This document shows positions 10,017 through 18,977 of a stretch of DNA of 64,000 nt, piece after piece. The position numbers and the translations under genes are program-made. Under the pieces are notes generated by a model that ran no database searches, was not told the origin of the DNA, and worked only from the letters and a program-made list of their open reading frames with translations. Every line of letters starts with the position of its first letter. The stretch's first letter is position 1. Source of the DNA: an uncultured Mycoplasmatota bacterium (GTDB taxonomy: Bacteria > Bacillota_I > Bacilli_A > RF39 > UBA660); contig CAMMWS010000001.1 of assembly GCA_946500695.1 (NCBI GenBank), positions 13,211-77,210 on the forward strand. The letters are read 5' to 3'.

Positions 10017-10730
10017 GTGATAAAAATCACAAAGAATTATGGGTTCCAAAACGAATGGGATTTTTTTCATTACCTTAATGGAAAAAAAGTAGGGGAAGTA
10101 AACTCTACGTTTAAAACATTTTTACAAGCTAACTTTCCTAATATTAATGATGATATGACGATAACTTCTTATGTTAATCTTGATAGAGAAAAGGAAGATA
10201 TTTGGATTAAGGTAGGTAAAGATAAAAAATCTATCAGCATTAAAATGGGAAAAACAAACACTGTCCATAATGAGTATATTTATAGTTTTACTAATTATCT
10301 AGCCAAAGAAAAAGTACCACTTAAAATTATTAACATAATATTAGAATATTTCTTTGCTGATGGTACTCATAATGGTAGTGGAGCAAGAACATTAACTTTT
10401 CCAGATTACAAACTAAAGATAAAAAGGAAAATAAAAAAAGTTAATAAGTATTTTATGAAACATGAAGATTTGCTTATTAAACTAATTAATAGATTTGTAA
10501 TAGGTAAGACTGATATCCTAATTCATGGTACCGTTGATGATTTTTCTTATGTTACTAAAGATGAAATAATTAAGTTCTTGCTTGAATGTAAAAATGAACC
10601 ATCATCAACAATTCACTTTTCTCATCTAATATTTGCTGCCAAAAGTCGTAATAATCAGATTGATAAATTTATAGTCCAGATTAAATGGTACAATTTGAAA
10701 GATGACATTGCAAGAATCAGAGGGAAGTAG
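10017..10730 (+). CDS. Hypothetical protein (start uncertain)
   Basis: 237-aa ORF with a GTG start that overlaps its own GGAGG, and no ATG alternative. No recognisable motif. It overlaps the next gene by 29 nt, so the two look like an operon. Confidence 0.4.
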   Translation: MIKITKNYGFQNEWDFFHYLNGKKVGEVNSTFKTFLQANFPNINDDMTITSYVNLDREKEDIWIKVGKDKKSISIKMGKTNTVHNEYIYSFTNYLAKEKVPLKIINIILEYFFADGTHNGSGARTLTFPDYKLKIKRKIKKVNKYFMKHEDLLIKLINRFVIGKTDILIHGTVDDFSYVTKDEIIKFLLECKNEPSSTIHFSHLIFAAKSRNNQIDKFIVQIKWYNLKDDIARIRGK

Positions 10731-12402
10731 TATACTTGTAGATATAAAGATAGTATTCAATAGAAAGGAATATAATATAAGTATGAATAATGCAAAAAAA
10801 GTTACAATTATGTATTATGAAATGTTTGATAAACAAACTGGTTATAAACTTTTAGAAACCAATGACATTAATAAAATTAATTGCGAACAAGGAATTAATA
10901 AATTTTCATTATATAATTGCTATGAAGTAATAATAGATGGAATTAAATACTATTTTGTGACTAATAAAAGTAAAAAAATTCATTTTGGAGAAATATTGAC
11001 TCTTGAAGAAATATTAAAAGATGAAAGAATATCTAGGGAAGACAAAGAAATAGTAAAAGCCATTACTAAAAATCCAAACAGAAAATTTTTTCTAAATGCT
11101 AATAATGAAATAGAAATGTATTTTAATGATATAGAATTAAAACCAAATAGAATTATTCCTTTTGATAAGACCAATATAATTGAAGCTTCACAAGTACTAT
11201 TCCCTTCATATGAGTGGTATATAGAATATACTAAGCATAATGAAGAAGAAACTTATTTAAAATCAACATTTTATAGTGATAAAATTTATCGTTATGACCC
11301 AACTATTGATAAATATAGATTTGTTAAGGTTGCAAAAATAAAAGATAATGAAAAAGAACAAATTATACCTATAGAAAAAGAGAAAGAATGGCACATAAGT
11401 GAAAATTCATATATAAGAGATGAAGTAGATGCTGCTATAGATTCTTCTATCGCTTATATTGCAGGCGAAGATAACCAACAAAATATGTTTGAGTGCTACA
11501 CAAGACTTTATCCATTTAATACTGAAAATTCCTCCGCTGTATTTGCAATTAATAAAGAGTACATTGAAAATAATGATGTTCTTTCTATAACTGGCAGTGG
11601 AGATGCTTCATTAGATTTATTTTTAAACGGTGCAAAAACTGTTACTTGTTTTGACATAAATGGATTAGCTAAATTTCTTGCAGTATTAAAATTTTCATTC
11701 ATAAAAGCAGGCATTAGTTATGAAGAATATGTTAATTTTTTTAGTGCAGACCCGCGCAAGTTTGAAGACTATTTTAATTTCGATATATATGAAAAATATT
11801 CTAATAATATACTAAATGAAAAAGTTAAAAAATATTGGGATAATATAATTAGATATCTTAAAATAAACAATATATCATTGAAAAAAGATAAACATACATT
11901 GTTTTATAATACTCATGATACTTTTTTTGGTTTATTTACAAATTCTTCTTTTTCTGTTAAAGGGTCATATTTAGAGAATGAAGAATCATTTAAGAGATTA
12001 CAAGATATACTAAAACAAAAAAATATTAAGGATTTAACTTTAGTAGATGTTTCACTATTTGATATAGATAAAGTTCTTGTAGACAAAAAATATAAATATA
12101 TATATCTGTCAAATGTTCTTGATTTTTCTGATTATTATTTCAATGACTGTAATTATGTAGAAAGTAAAGAAAAATTTAAAGAATACATTGTAAATAATTT
12201 ATCTGCTTTATTAGATGAAAATGGTCTTATTGATGTTTCGTATGTAAAAGATAGTTGGTCTTTAGGAAACATAGAAACAACATTACAAGTTTTTCCAACT
12301 GATGAAGGATATAATCTACAAAGCTTAGTTCCTTATAGTGAAGATAGAGTATTATCTATAACTAGTAGTGAATTAGTAAAATCTAATGATTATAGAAAAT
12401 GA
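10702..12402 (+). CDS. Two-domain protein: unknown N-terminal ~280 aa plus C-terminal DUF3419 (BtaA-like SAM-dependent 3-amino-3-carboxypropyl transferase fold)
   Basis: VLSITGSGDASLDLFLNGAKTVTCFDINGLAKFLAVLKF matches the DUF3419/BtaA signature (vLsItSaGcNaLd...ViAVDlNpaQ..LLeLK). An alternative start at 10783 has an RBS. Confidence 0.45.
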   Translation: MTLQESEGSSILVDIKIVFNRKEYNISMNNAKKVTIMYYEMFDKQTGYKLLETNDINKINCEQGINKFSLYNCYEVIIDGIKYYFVTNKSKKIHFGEILTLEEILKDERISREDKEIVKAITKNPNRKFFLNANNEIEMYFNDIELKPNRIIPFDKTNIIEASQVLFPSYEWYIEYTKHNEEETYLKSTFYSDKIYRYDPTIDKYRFVKVAKIKDNEKEQIIPIEKEKEWHISENSYIRDEVDAAIDSSIAYIAGEDNQQNMFECYTRLYPFNTENSSAVFAINKEYIENNDVLSITGSGDASLDLFLNGAKTVTCFDINGLAKFLAVLKFSFIKAGISYEEYVNFFSADPRKFEDYFNFDIYEKYSNNILNEKVKKYWDNIIRYLKINNISLKKDKHTLFYNTHDTFFGLFTNSSFSVKGSYLENEESFKRLQDILKQKNIKDLTLVDVSLFDIDKVLVDKKYKYIYLSNVLDFSDYYFNDCNYVESKEKFKEYIVNNLSALLDENGLIDVSYVKDSWSLGNIETTLQVFPTDEGYNLQSLVPYSEDRVLSITSSELVKSNDYRK

Positions 12403-12405
12403 AAA

Positions 12406-12435
12406 AGACCTGTGATTAAACAGATCTTTTTAACT
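12406..12435 (+). terminator. Intrinsic terminator downstream of the DUF3419 gene
   Basis: Imperfect hairpin AAAGACCTG...CAGATCTTT followed by a T-run. Confidence 0.45.
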
Positions 12436-12445
12436 TCTTATATAA

Positions 12446-12520
12446 TGGCGGAGTAGGAGAGATTTGAACTCTCGCGCCAGTTGCCCGACCTACACCCTTA
12501 GCAGGTGTATGCCTTACTCC
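12446..12520 (-). other. tRNA-Ser-like 75-nt partial copy (acceptor 5' strand, anticodon arm CTGCTAA, variable arm, T-arm, CCA) lacking a D-arm; attL-side attachment sequence
   Basis: Reverse complement GGAGTAAGGCATACACCTGCTAAGGGTGTAGGTCGGGCAACTGGCGCGAGAGTTCAAATCTCTCCTACTCCGCCA. Its T-arm and 3' end align with the tRNA-Ser gene at 21188-21278. Confidence 0.6.
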
Positions 12521-12621
12521 TTAAAACCATTTATCATTTATTTAGTAAAACCCTTGAAAGCCTTTATTTATGGGCTTTCTCAAAGCATTATATATTTTTA
12601 TTATTATTTTTTAGAACTTTT

Positions 12622-12642
12622 TTTAAAATCGTTTGCCATAAA
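12622..12642 (+). repeat. Arm-type repeats TTTGCCATA / TTTGCCAT (putative integrase arm-binding sites, left end)
   Basis: The 9-mer TTYGCCATA recurs at 12622, 12635, 21032, 21044 and 21118, always just inside the att-flanked element. Confidence 0.4.
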
Positions 12643-12663
12643 TATTTGCCATTTTTCTATTTT

Positions 12664-13809
12664 TTAGGCATTTTTGATAATTTCATCAAAAACATTGGCA
12701 CATTCAATTTTATCTTTATCAAAGGTATGTGCATATATATCAAAGGTTATATTTATACTTGAATGACCTAATCTTTCACTAACAGCCTTAAAGTTTTTTC
12801 CTTTATGTATTAAAACGCTCGCTGATGTATGCCTTAAATCGTGAAATCTTATATGTTCTAACCCATATTTTTTAGTTATTTTAGTAAATATCTTATAACA
12901 AGTGCTTGGGTTCATATAACCACCTGTGTCATCCGTAAAAACTCTGTTCTCATTTTTCCATTTTTTACCTAACTCTTTTTTTATGCTATCTTGCCACTCT
13001 TTATATTGCTTAATTACATCAATAGTAGCCTTACTTAATAGTATTGTTCTTTTTGAAGATAATGTTTTTGCATTTTTTTCATCCATAACACCATTTACAA
13101 CTTTTAAAGAGTTATCTATTCTTAATGTGTTGTTGTCAAAATCAAAATCATCCCATTTTAGAGCAACGATTTCACCTCTACGAGCACCACTGTCTAAAGC
13201 AAGAGTAATTAAAGCCTTATATTTGATACATTCATTGTCTAAACAAGATACTAATTTATTTACTTGTTCTATATCATAAAACTTTCTTTCAACTTTTTGT
13301 TTTTTAGGCTTATTGGCTCTTTTATTTGGGTTTATGTCTAAAAACTCCCAAAATATTGCTTGATTAAACATAACATTGATTATTTTATAATAATCATACA
13401 TTGAATTATAACTTAATTCTTTGCCGTTATGTCCTATTTTTAACTTGCTATACATAGTATTTAGCATTTGTGGTGTTATTTTACTTAACTTATATTGACC
13501 TATAAAGGGTAAAATGTTTTTTAAAAGTCTTTTATAATTATTTATTGTCGTTATTCCAACATTTTCCTCACACTTTTTTATAAAAGCCTCGCTAAACTCT
13601 TCAAAAGTTAAATCTTTAACATTTGCTACATTTCCTTTATGATAATATTGTTTTGTTAGTTCGGCATCTCTAATTTTAACCTCTGCTAATGTTCCGTAAA
13701 ACGTTTCAGTTTTTCTATCTCTTTCGCCAAAAACATCTTTTCCTCGTTCTATGGTAATCAACCACTTTTTCACACCTTTTTTATTAGTTCCTAATAATCT
13801 ATACCCCAT
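12664..13809 (-). CDS. int: Tyrosine-type site-specific integrase
   Basis: C-terminal catalytic region RFHDLRHTSAS...HSSINITFDIYAH (R-H-R-Y) plus an N-terminal SAM-like domain. Confidence 0.85.
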   Translation of the reverse strand: MGYRLLGTNKKGVKKWLITIERGKDVFGERDRKTETFYGTLAEVKIRDAELTKQYYHKGNVANVKDLTFEEFSEAFIKKCEENVGITTINNYKRLLKNILPFIGQYKLSKITPQMLNTMYSKLKIGHNGKELSYNSMYDYYKIINVMFNQAIFWEFLDINPNKRANKPKKQKVERKFYDIEQVNKLVSCLDNECIKYKALITLALDSGARRGEIVALKWDDFDFDNNTLRIDNSLKVVNGVMDEKNAKTLSSKRTILLSKATIDVIKQYKEWQDSIKKELGKKWKNENRVFTDDTGGYMNPSTCYKIFTKITKKYGLEHIRFHDLRHTSASVLIHKGKNFKAVSERLGHSSINITFDIYAHTFDKDKIECANVFDEIIKNA

Positions 13810-13907
13810 ATTTAATAACTCCTTTCACTCATAGGGTATAAGGGCTTATTGCCTATATATATTATAGCACAAAACCCTTATTTTTCTTATAAAAACCTTA
13901 TTTTTTC

Positions 13908-14105
13908 TTAATAAAATACTGATTTTTTCGCTTGTTGTTTTTCTAATTCTTCAAGCCAATTATTTATTGATACTAAATCAAACTTAATCATTTTTCCTAT
14001 TCTCAAATTAGGTATTCTTCTTTCTCTTACTAACTTTCTAATCTCTGGAATAGATACTTTTAAATAACTTGATAATTCTTTAATATCACATAATTCTTTA
14101 GTCAT
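13908..14105 (-). CDS. xis: Excisionase/AlpA-like HTH DNA-binding protein
   Basis: 65-aa HTH_17-like protein (LKVSIPEIRKLVRERRIPNLRIGKMIKF) next to int. Confidence 0.55.
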   Translation of the reverse strand: MTKELCDIKELSSYLKVSIPEIRKLVRERRIPNLRIGKMIKFDLVSINNWLEELEKQQAKKSVFY

Positions 14106-14193
14106 ACCAAAACCTCCTTTTTCATTACTCTAAAATAGTTTAAATAGTGCTAATATCTACCTTTAATTTAGTTTGACAACCCCTTAATATCCT

Positions 14194-14556
14194 TTATTCT
14201 TTGTTTTGTATTTGCTTATTATCAATTATAATATTCATAAAATCTATATATTCACTATATAAACTTATAATGTAGTTATATAGACTTTCTATACGATAAT
14301 TTATATCGTTTTTTGATTTATTAGGTTTAATTCGCTTATCTAAATAAACAATAAACTTTTTTAAGTCCATTTCACTTGGTTTAACTCTATTATAAGTAAA
14401 TAGTGTTGATTTAATTATTTGGCTTTTCAAATAATCAACGGAATATTTTTGATACATATCGTTTTTATTGTCGGCTAAATAAACTTTCTTTTCTTTAATT
14501 TTAATTTCTACATTTGGCTCTTTTACATTCATAAACTTTCTTTCCTTTCTTTTCAC
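14194..14556 (-). CDS. Hypothetical protein (island cargo)
   Basis: 120 aa with no recognisable domain, lying between xis and the repressor. Confidence 0.35.
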   Translation of the reverse strand: MKRKERKFMNVKEPNVEIKIKEKKVYLADNKNDMYQKYSVDYLKSQIIKSTLFTYNRVKPSEMDLKKFIVYLDKRIKPNKSKNDINYRIESLYNYIISLYSEYIDFMNIIIDNKQIQNKE

Positions 14557-14683
14557 AAAAATTAAACGCGTTTTTTCTTTGCAAGCAATATGTTATCAAA
14601 AACAAAAAATAAGGCAATAAAAAAAGTGCATTTAACCTCATTGGTCGGTTATTACAAAAAATGCACTTTTTTAAAATTACTCT

Positions 14684-15631
14684 TTAAAGTTCGTAGTATT
14701 CGCCATTATTTAACGCCTCTTTATCAATGGCGATTTTTTCATAAAGTGTTATATATTTTTTATACTTATGATTCTCATTTGCTATAATGGTATTTAATTT
14801 ATCAATAATATTGGTATATGTCTTTTGTTTAAATGTAGCAAGTATTTTTTCTAAATCATTATATATTTTTGCATAATATATATCTTTACACTCTTTCATA
14901 ATTGCATTGTCCTTTATATAGTTTTCTAATATTTCATAAGCATTGTCATAATCTTTATCTATTAACTCGTTGTATATATCAGCAATAATGATAAGCATAT
15001 CACATATCATTTCAAAAGTTTTTGCTTTTTCTTTTGCGTTCAAATAAACCATTGAATAATATATTTGTTTAAACCTACAATACCCTTTATCGCCAAGAGT
15101 AATACAATAAAACCTTTTATTTATATTATCCCTAATAGAACGATTATAATAAATACCATTTCCTACCTCAAAAAGATATCTTTTTTTATCAAACATAGTA
15201 ATAGTATCAAAAACAAAATCTTTAAATCTTTCATAATCTTTTTCAAAGTTATCTTTCCAATAAATAATTTGTTCCAATATAGAATATATTTCCTTTTCTA
15301 TATCATTAGTTAGATTATCATATTTAGCATCTTCAAACATTTCACTAATAGTTATCTTTCCATAGTATCTGTAAAAATCATTGTTAATTGGTGTTTCATA
15401 CAACTTTTTTATATCTTCAATATTATGTTCTTTTTTTCCGCGTCTTGCTATTGCATTATTTAACTGAATAATAAAATCAATAGTAATTATAATAAATCTT
15501 CTAAGGCATAAATCAGGTCTGTTCATTTTAAAATTAACATTATTGTTTATCTTATAATTTATATACGAATGTTCGCAATATTTATTATTAAAAGATTTAC
15601 GAAAGTGAAAGTCTTTCTTTAAGTGTGGCAT
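14684..15631 (-). CDS. Hypothetical protein (island cargo; Abi-like size and composition)
   Basis: 315-aa K/Y/D-rich soluble protein with no motif I can assign. It sits in the int-repressor accessory hotspot. Confidence 0.35.
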   Translation of the reverse strand: MPHLKKDFHFRKSFNNKYCEHSYINYKINNNVNFKMNRPDLCLRRFIIITIDFIIQLNNAIARRGKKEHNIEDIKKLYETPINNDFYRYYGKITISEMFEDAKYDNLTNDIEKEIYSILEQIIYWKDNFEKDYERFKDFVFDTITMFDKKRYLFEVGNGIYYNRSIRDNINKRFYCITLGDKGYCRFKQIYYSMVYLNAKEKAKTFEMICDMLIIIADIYNELIDKDYDNAYEILENYIKDNAIMKECKDIYYAKIYNDLEKILATFKQKTYTNIIDKLNTIIANENHKYKKYITLYEKIAIDKEALNNGEYYEL

Positions 15632-15755
15632 AGTATCACTCCTTTTTGACTAACTATTTTATCACAAAACTATAATCATTACTACATTGATATTATATTT
15701 ATTGTATTTGTAAAAACTTTATAAACTGGTATATAAATAAAAGAGCGATAAGATT

Positions 15756-16010
15756 TTATTCTTTATCACTCTTTTTTGTATCTTCTTTAAATAATTCGGC
15801 TATATCTATATCAAGCACAAGTGCTAATCTCCAAAGTGTTCCAAGTGAAAACGTTTGATGATTTTTACTTTCTATATTAGATATAAATTGTGTTGAATAA
15901 CTCATTTTATTGGCTAATTGTTCTTGTGTAAGTCCTTTTAGTTGTCTTTGCTTTTTTATGTTCTTTGATACTACTTCATATATATAGTTTTCATCTTCTC
16001 TTTTAAACAA
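15756..16010 (-). CDS. XRE-family HTH transcriptional repressor (CI-like)
   Basis: LKGLTQEQLANKMSYSTQFISNIE helix-turn-helix. It is transcribed divergently from the rightward module. Confidence 0.75.
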   Translation of the reverse strand: MFKREDENYIYEVVSKNIKKQRQLKGLTQEQLANKMSYSTQFISNIESKNHQTFSLGTLWRLALVLDIDIAELFKEDTKKSDKE

Positions 16011-16062
16011 TTATACCACCACCTAACACTATTAATATTTTCTCAAAAATAACGCCGAATAC

Positions 16063-16094
16063 ACTTACTCTATTCGTGTAAGTTATGGTATAAT
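16063..16094 (+). promoter_or_regulatory. Rightward early promoter (extended -10 TGGTATAAT at 16086-16094) with an upstream inverted repeat ACTTAC-9-GTAAGT as operator candidate
   Basis: Read directly from the repressor/early-gene intergenic sequence. Confidence 0.4.
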
Positions 16095-16329
16095 AGTTTA
16101 TAAGAAAGGAGTGTGACTTGATACGTTATCAAATAAAAGTACAAATAATCAAAAAGGAGAACCTAGCATAAAAGATGGGCTTTGGAATGGACTATATCAA
16201 AGTGATGTAGTTAAAATTAAAAAAACATTTAAAAAAGTATTTATTATCTCTACCTTAATATCAATTGTAATAATACTAATTTTTGGTAAGGACGTAAATA
16301 TTTTAGGCATTATATTTGTTGCTCCAACG

Positions 16330-16614
16330 ATGGCAATTCTTATTACTTTATATTGTGCATTTATTCAAACTTTGTTTTTTCTTTTTAAAAGGGCAAATAA
16401 AGGAGAAAGAAAGAAAATTATTTTTGGTATAACTGGAACGATAGGAGTTTTTATATTATTCATGTTATTTATGGTTTCATTACCTACTGGAACTGATGGT
16501 GGTAGCGATGATAATGGAAATAGCATTACCGATTTTTGTGAATCAATGAGTGATACTTATAATAAATGTTATTGGAGTCATTGGGAAGATAGATGCGTTT
16601 GTAGTAGAAGATAA
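16330..16614 (+). CDS. Small membrane protein; the reading frame is open for 213 nt upstream without a start codon (possible frameshift with ATG at 16175)
   Basis: The frame from 16117 reads through a TM segment with no ATG/GTG/TTG. An ATG with an RBS at 16175 is in the +1 frame and terminates after 11 codons. Confidence 0.3.
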   Translation: MAILITLYCAFIQTLFFLFKRANKGERKKIIFGITGTIGVFILFMLFMVSLPTGTDGGSDDNGNSITDFCESMSDTYNKCYWSHWEDRCVCSRR

Positions 16615-16627
16615 GGAGTGTGATTTT

Positions 16628-17506
16628 ATGAAGAAGTTTAGTTTAATTTTTTTAAGCATTTTAGTTTTATTAGGTATATGTGGGTGTAACAACAACAATA
16701 ATGATAATATTAAGAAATTTACAGCAGTTGATAAAAACAATTTTCCTTTTGATACAATAGATACCGAGCAACAATTCTTTGATGTATTAAATGAAAATAA
16801 TAATATTGTATTAGCAGTTAAGGATACTTGCGAATATTCAAAAAAATTCAGTCCTATAGTAAAAGAAGTTGCTGATACATACAATTTAAAAGTTTATACT
16901 TTAAATGTTGACTCTTTAGATAACTGGACATTAAACAACAAAAAATCAGAAGAAGTTATCACAATAGAAGCAACACCTACACTTTTTATTAAAAATAAAA
17001 ATATTGAAAAAATTGAGGGTTTCTACGAAAAACAAGAATTAATAAATATATTGCAAACTAAAAATATAATCGAGGATAAAAGAACAGCAAAAGAAAAAAT
17101 TGTTGAATACTTAGAAAAAAATAAGTCTGCTATTTGTGACGATACAAAATGTACTTATTCTTTTACTACACCAGGATATTTTTCAGATACAACATATTAT
17201 ACTTTAGACTTTGTAAATAAGAAATTTTATGACAAAAGTTATAATTATGGTAGCACTTATATTGAATATAATTATGGTAATAATACTGGATATGCTAAAC
17301 TGGTTAATACTGTTGGATGGACTACAACGACCGAAGTTTGGCTTACATATAATGATGCTAATAATACCTATAATTGGACTTGTAATAGTGATTTAAATGG
17401 TTCTTGTGAGGCAACTGGAAACAGTATAGCAGAAATGACAGACAGGAAACGAACTGAACTATATGATATATGTAATAAGTTAGGAATTAAAGCAAATGAA
17501 ATTTAA
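16628..17506 (+). CDS. Lipoprotein with N-terminal thioredoxin-like domain (CxxS motif)
   Basis: Signal peptide with lipobox LLGICGC. Thioredoxin-fold motifs VKDTCEYSKKF and cis-Pro ATPTLF are present. ORF-track start is 16550. Confidence 0.55.
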   Translation: MKKFSLIFLSILVLLGICGCNNNNNDNIKKFTAVDKNNFPFDTIDTEQQFFDVLNENNNIVLAVKDTCEYSKKFSPIVKEVADTYNLKVYTLNVDSLDNWTLNNKKSEEVITIEATPTLFIKNKNIEKIEGFYEKQELINILQTKNIIEDKRTAKEKIVEYLEKNKSAICDDTKCTYSFTTPGYFSDTTYYTLDFVNKKFYDKSYNYGSTYIEYNYGNNTGYAKLVNTVGWTTTTEVWLTYNDANNTYNWTCNSDLNGSCEATGNSIAEMTDRKRTELYDICNKLGIKANEI

Positions 17507-17519
17507 GGAAATGTTCATA

Positions 17520-17864
17520 ATGAAAAAACTTAAAATTATTTTAACTTTAAGTTTTTGCTTATTTATGATAACTGGCTGTGCTAATAATGATATTCTAGGA
17601 ACTTATGAAAACGAAGCTGATGTTACTATAATCATCGAAAAAGATGGTGTTTGTATTATGAATTACCAAAAACCAATTGATTTATATCCAATATCAATAA
17701 AAAAATGTCATTGGAGTTTAGAAAGTGATAAAGTAACAATACTCTATACTGCCTCTATGGGAAATCCTTACGGCATAGATTTTACTAAAGATGAGAAACT
17801 TACAGGAACTTTTACAGGTTCATCAATAGAAATGGACTCTGGGTCTATATATACTAAAAAATAA
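17520..17864 (+). CDS. Lipoprotein, unknown function
   Basis: MKKLKIILTLSFCLFMITGCANN lipobox. RBS AAGGAA. ORF-track start is 17496. Confidence 0.5.
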   Translation: MKKLKIILTLSFCLFMITGCANNDILGTYENEADVTIIIEKDGVCIMNYQKPIDLYPISIKKCHWSLESDKVTILYTASMGNPYGIDFTKDEKLTGTFTGSSIEMDSGSIYTKK

Positions 17865-17927
17865 GTATTTACACAAAATTAGAGAAAAGTCTTTGATAAC
17901 CTACTATATATATGAGGAGGTGTTACT

Positions 17928-18098
17928 ATCAAAGACTTATTTACTTTAAAAGAGGCTTGTAATATTATAAATATATCTTATAAAACACTTTATAGTTGGG
18001 TAAAAAACAATGAAGTATCTTACACTAAAATTGGTAATAGATATTATATGACACAAGAGCAAATCAATGCTCTTGTTTTTGTGTATAACAAAGCATAG
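17928..18098 (+). CDS. Xis/HTH_17-like DNA-binding protein with apparent non-canonical (ATC) start
   Basis: The frame encodes IKDLFTLKEACNIINISYKTLYSWVKNNEVSYTKIGNRYYMTQEQINALVFVYNKA. GAGGAGG lies 7 nt upstream of ATC, and there is no in-frame ATG/GTG/TTG after the upstream stop. Confidence 0.4.
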   Translation: MKDLFTLKEACNIINISYKTLYSWVKNNEVSYTKIGNRYYMTQEQINALVFVYNKA

Positions 18099-18179
18099 TT
18101 TTGTATCGGTTAAAGGCTTAACACAAGCCACGATATAATATTAAAATCAAATTGTAAAAATTAAATAAGGAGGAAAACA

Positions 18180-18977
18180 ATGTATAGCATATATCAAAAT
18201 AGGTATGCCAATAAACTACACTTAAATATTATTAGGGTAAAATACTCAAAGAATCATACAATATTTGAAAAAGATTTTGCTATCAAATTAAATGATGATT
18301 ACGATAAAATAGCAAATGGTTTAATAACATACAAATTATATCTATATTTAGGCTGTATATTAAGTCAAAATGCTTTAAAAGATAATGTAATAACGCTTGA
18401 TACAAAAGTCTTTCTAAATGCCTTAAAAACGACTAAAAAGGCTTATATTATATCATCACTTGAATATTTAAAAGCCATAAGGTTTAATTACTACTATTTT
18501 AAAGGTAAGAAGAATAATAAAGGCTACACAAAAGAAACAAGAACTTGCCATATTATAGATGATTACTCTACCACCAAAGGTAGTATAACAATTAGATTTA
18601 ATAAAGATTATTTAACTTTACTTGGTTATAATAGATTAACCTTACAACTACCTAACGAGTTATTTACTATGAATATAACAAAATATCATCATAGTTTATT
18701 TATGATAGTTCGTGTTTTATTTCATAGACAAATAAATTATAACAAGAAACGCCAAAATATAATTTCCGTAAAAGAAATAACAAAATATTGTCCTTTACTT
18801 CCTTGTTATGATGATTTAAACGAAAGCAAGCAAGTATCAAGAAACATATTAGAGCCATTTAAAAAAAATATGGACTTTATATGTAAAATACTTAATTTTA
18901 CTTGGAAATATGAAAATGAGCCAACTACATACAATTCATTTATAAATAACAAAATAATCTTTGAGTGTAGATATTAG
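18180..18977 (+). CDS. Hypothetical protein, possible replication initiator
   Basis: Call is by position, upstream of the helicase-like ATPase in the replication module. No clear motif. Confidence 0.3.
   Translation: MYSIYQNRYANKLHLNIIRVKYSKNHTIFEKDFAIKLNDDYDKIANGLITYKLYLYLGCILSQNALKDNVITLDTKVFLNALKTTKKAYIISSLEYLKAIRFNYYYFKGKKNNKGYTKETRTCHIIDDYSTTKGSITIRFNKDYLTLLGYNRLTLQLPNELFTMNITKYHHSLFMIVRVLFHRQINYNKKRQNIISVKEITKYCPLLPCYDDLNESKQVSRNILEPFKKNMDFICKILNFTWKYENEPTTYNSFINNKIIFECRY

Noticed and set aside
12446-12520. Calling the 75-nt att fragment a functional tRNA gene
   Set aside because: It has no D-arm, and one acceptor pair and the anticodon stem are imperfect. It is better explained as an attP-derived tRNA-like segment.
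12464-12762. ORFs 12464..12667 and 12505..12762 (+)
   Set aside because: They span the tRNA-like att fragment and the arm-repeat intergenic region, with low-complexity F/Y/L-rich translations, no RBS, and overlap with the 3' end of the integrase gene.
14590-14787. ORF 14590..14787 (+) inside the island
   Set aside because: It overlaps the 5' end of the 315-aa minus-strand gene and its upstream region, with no RBS. Probably spurious.
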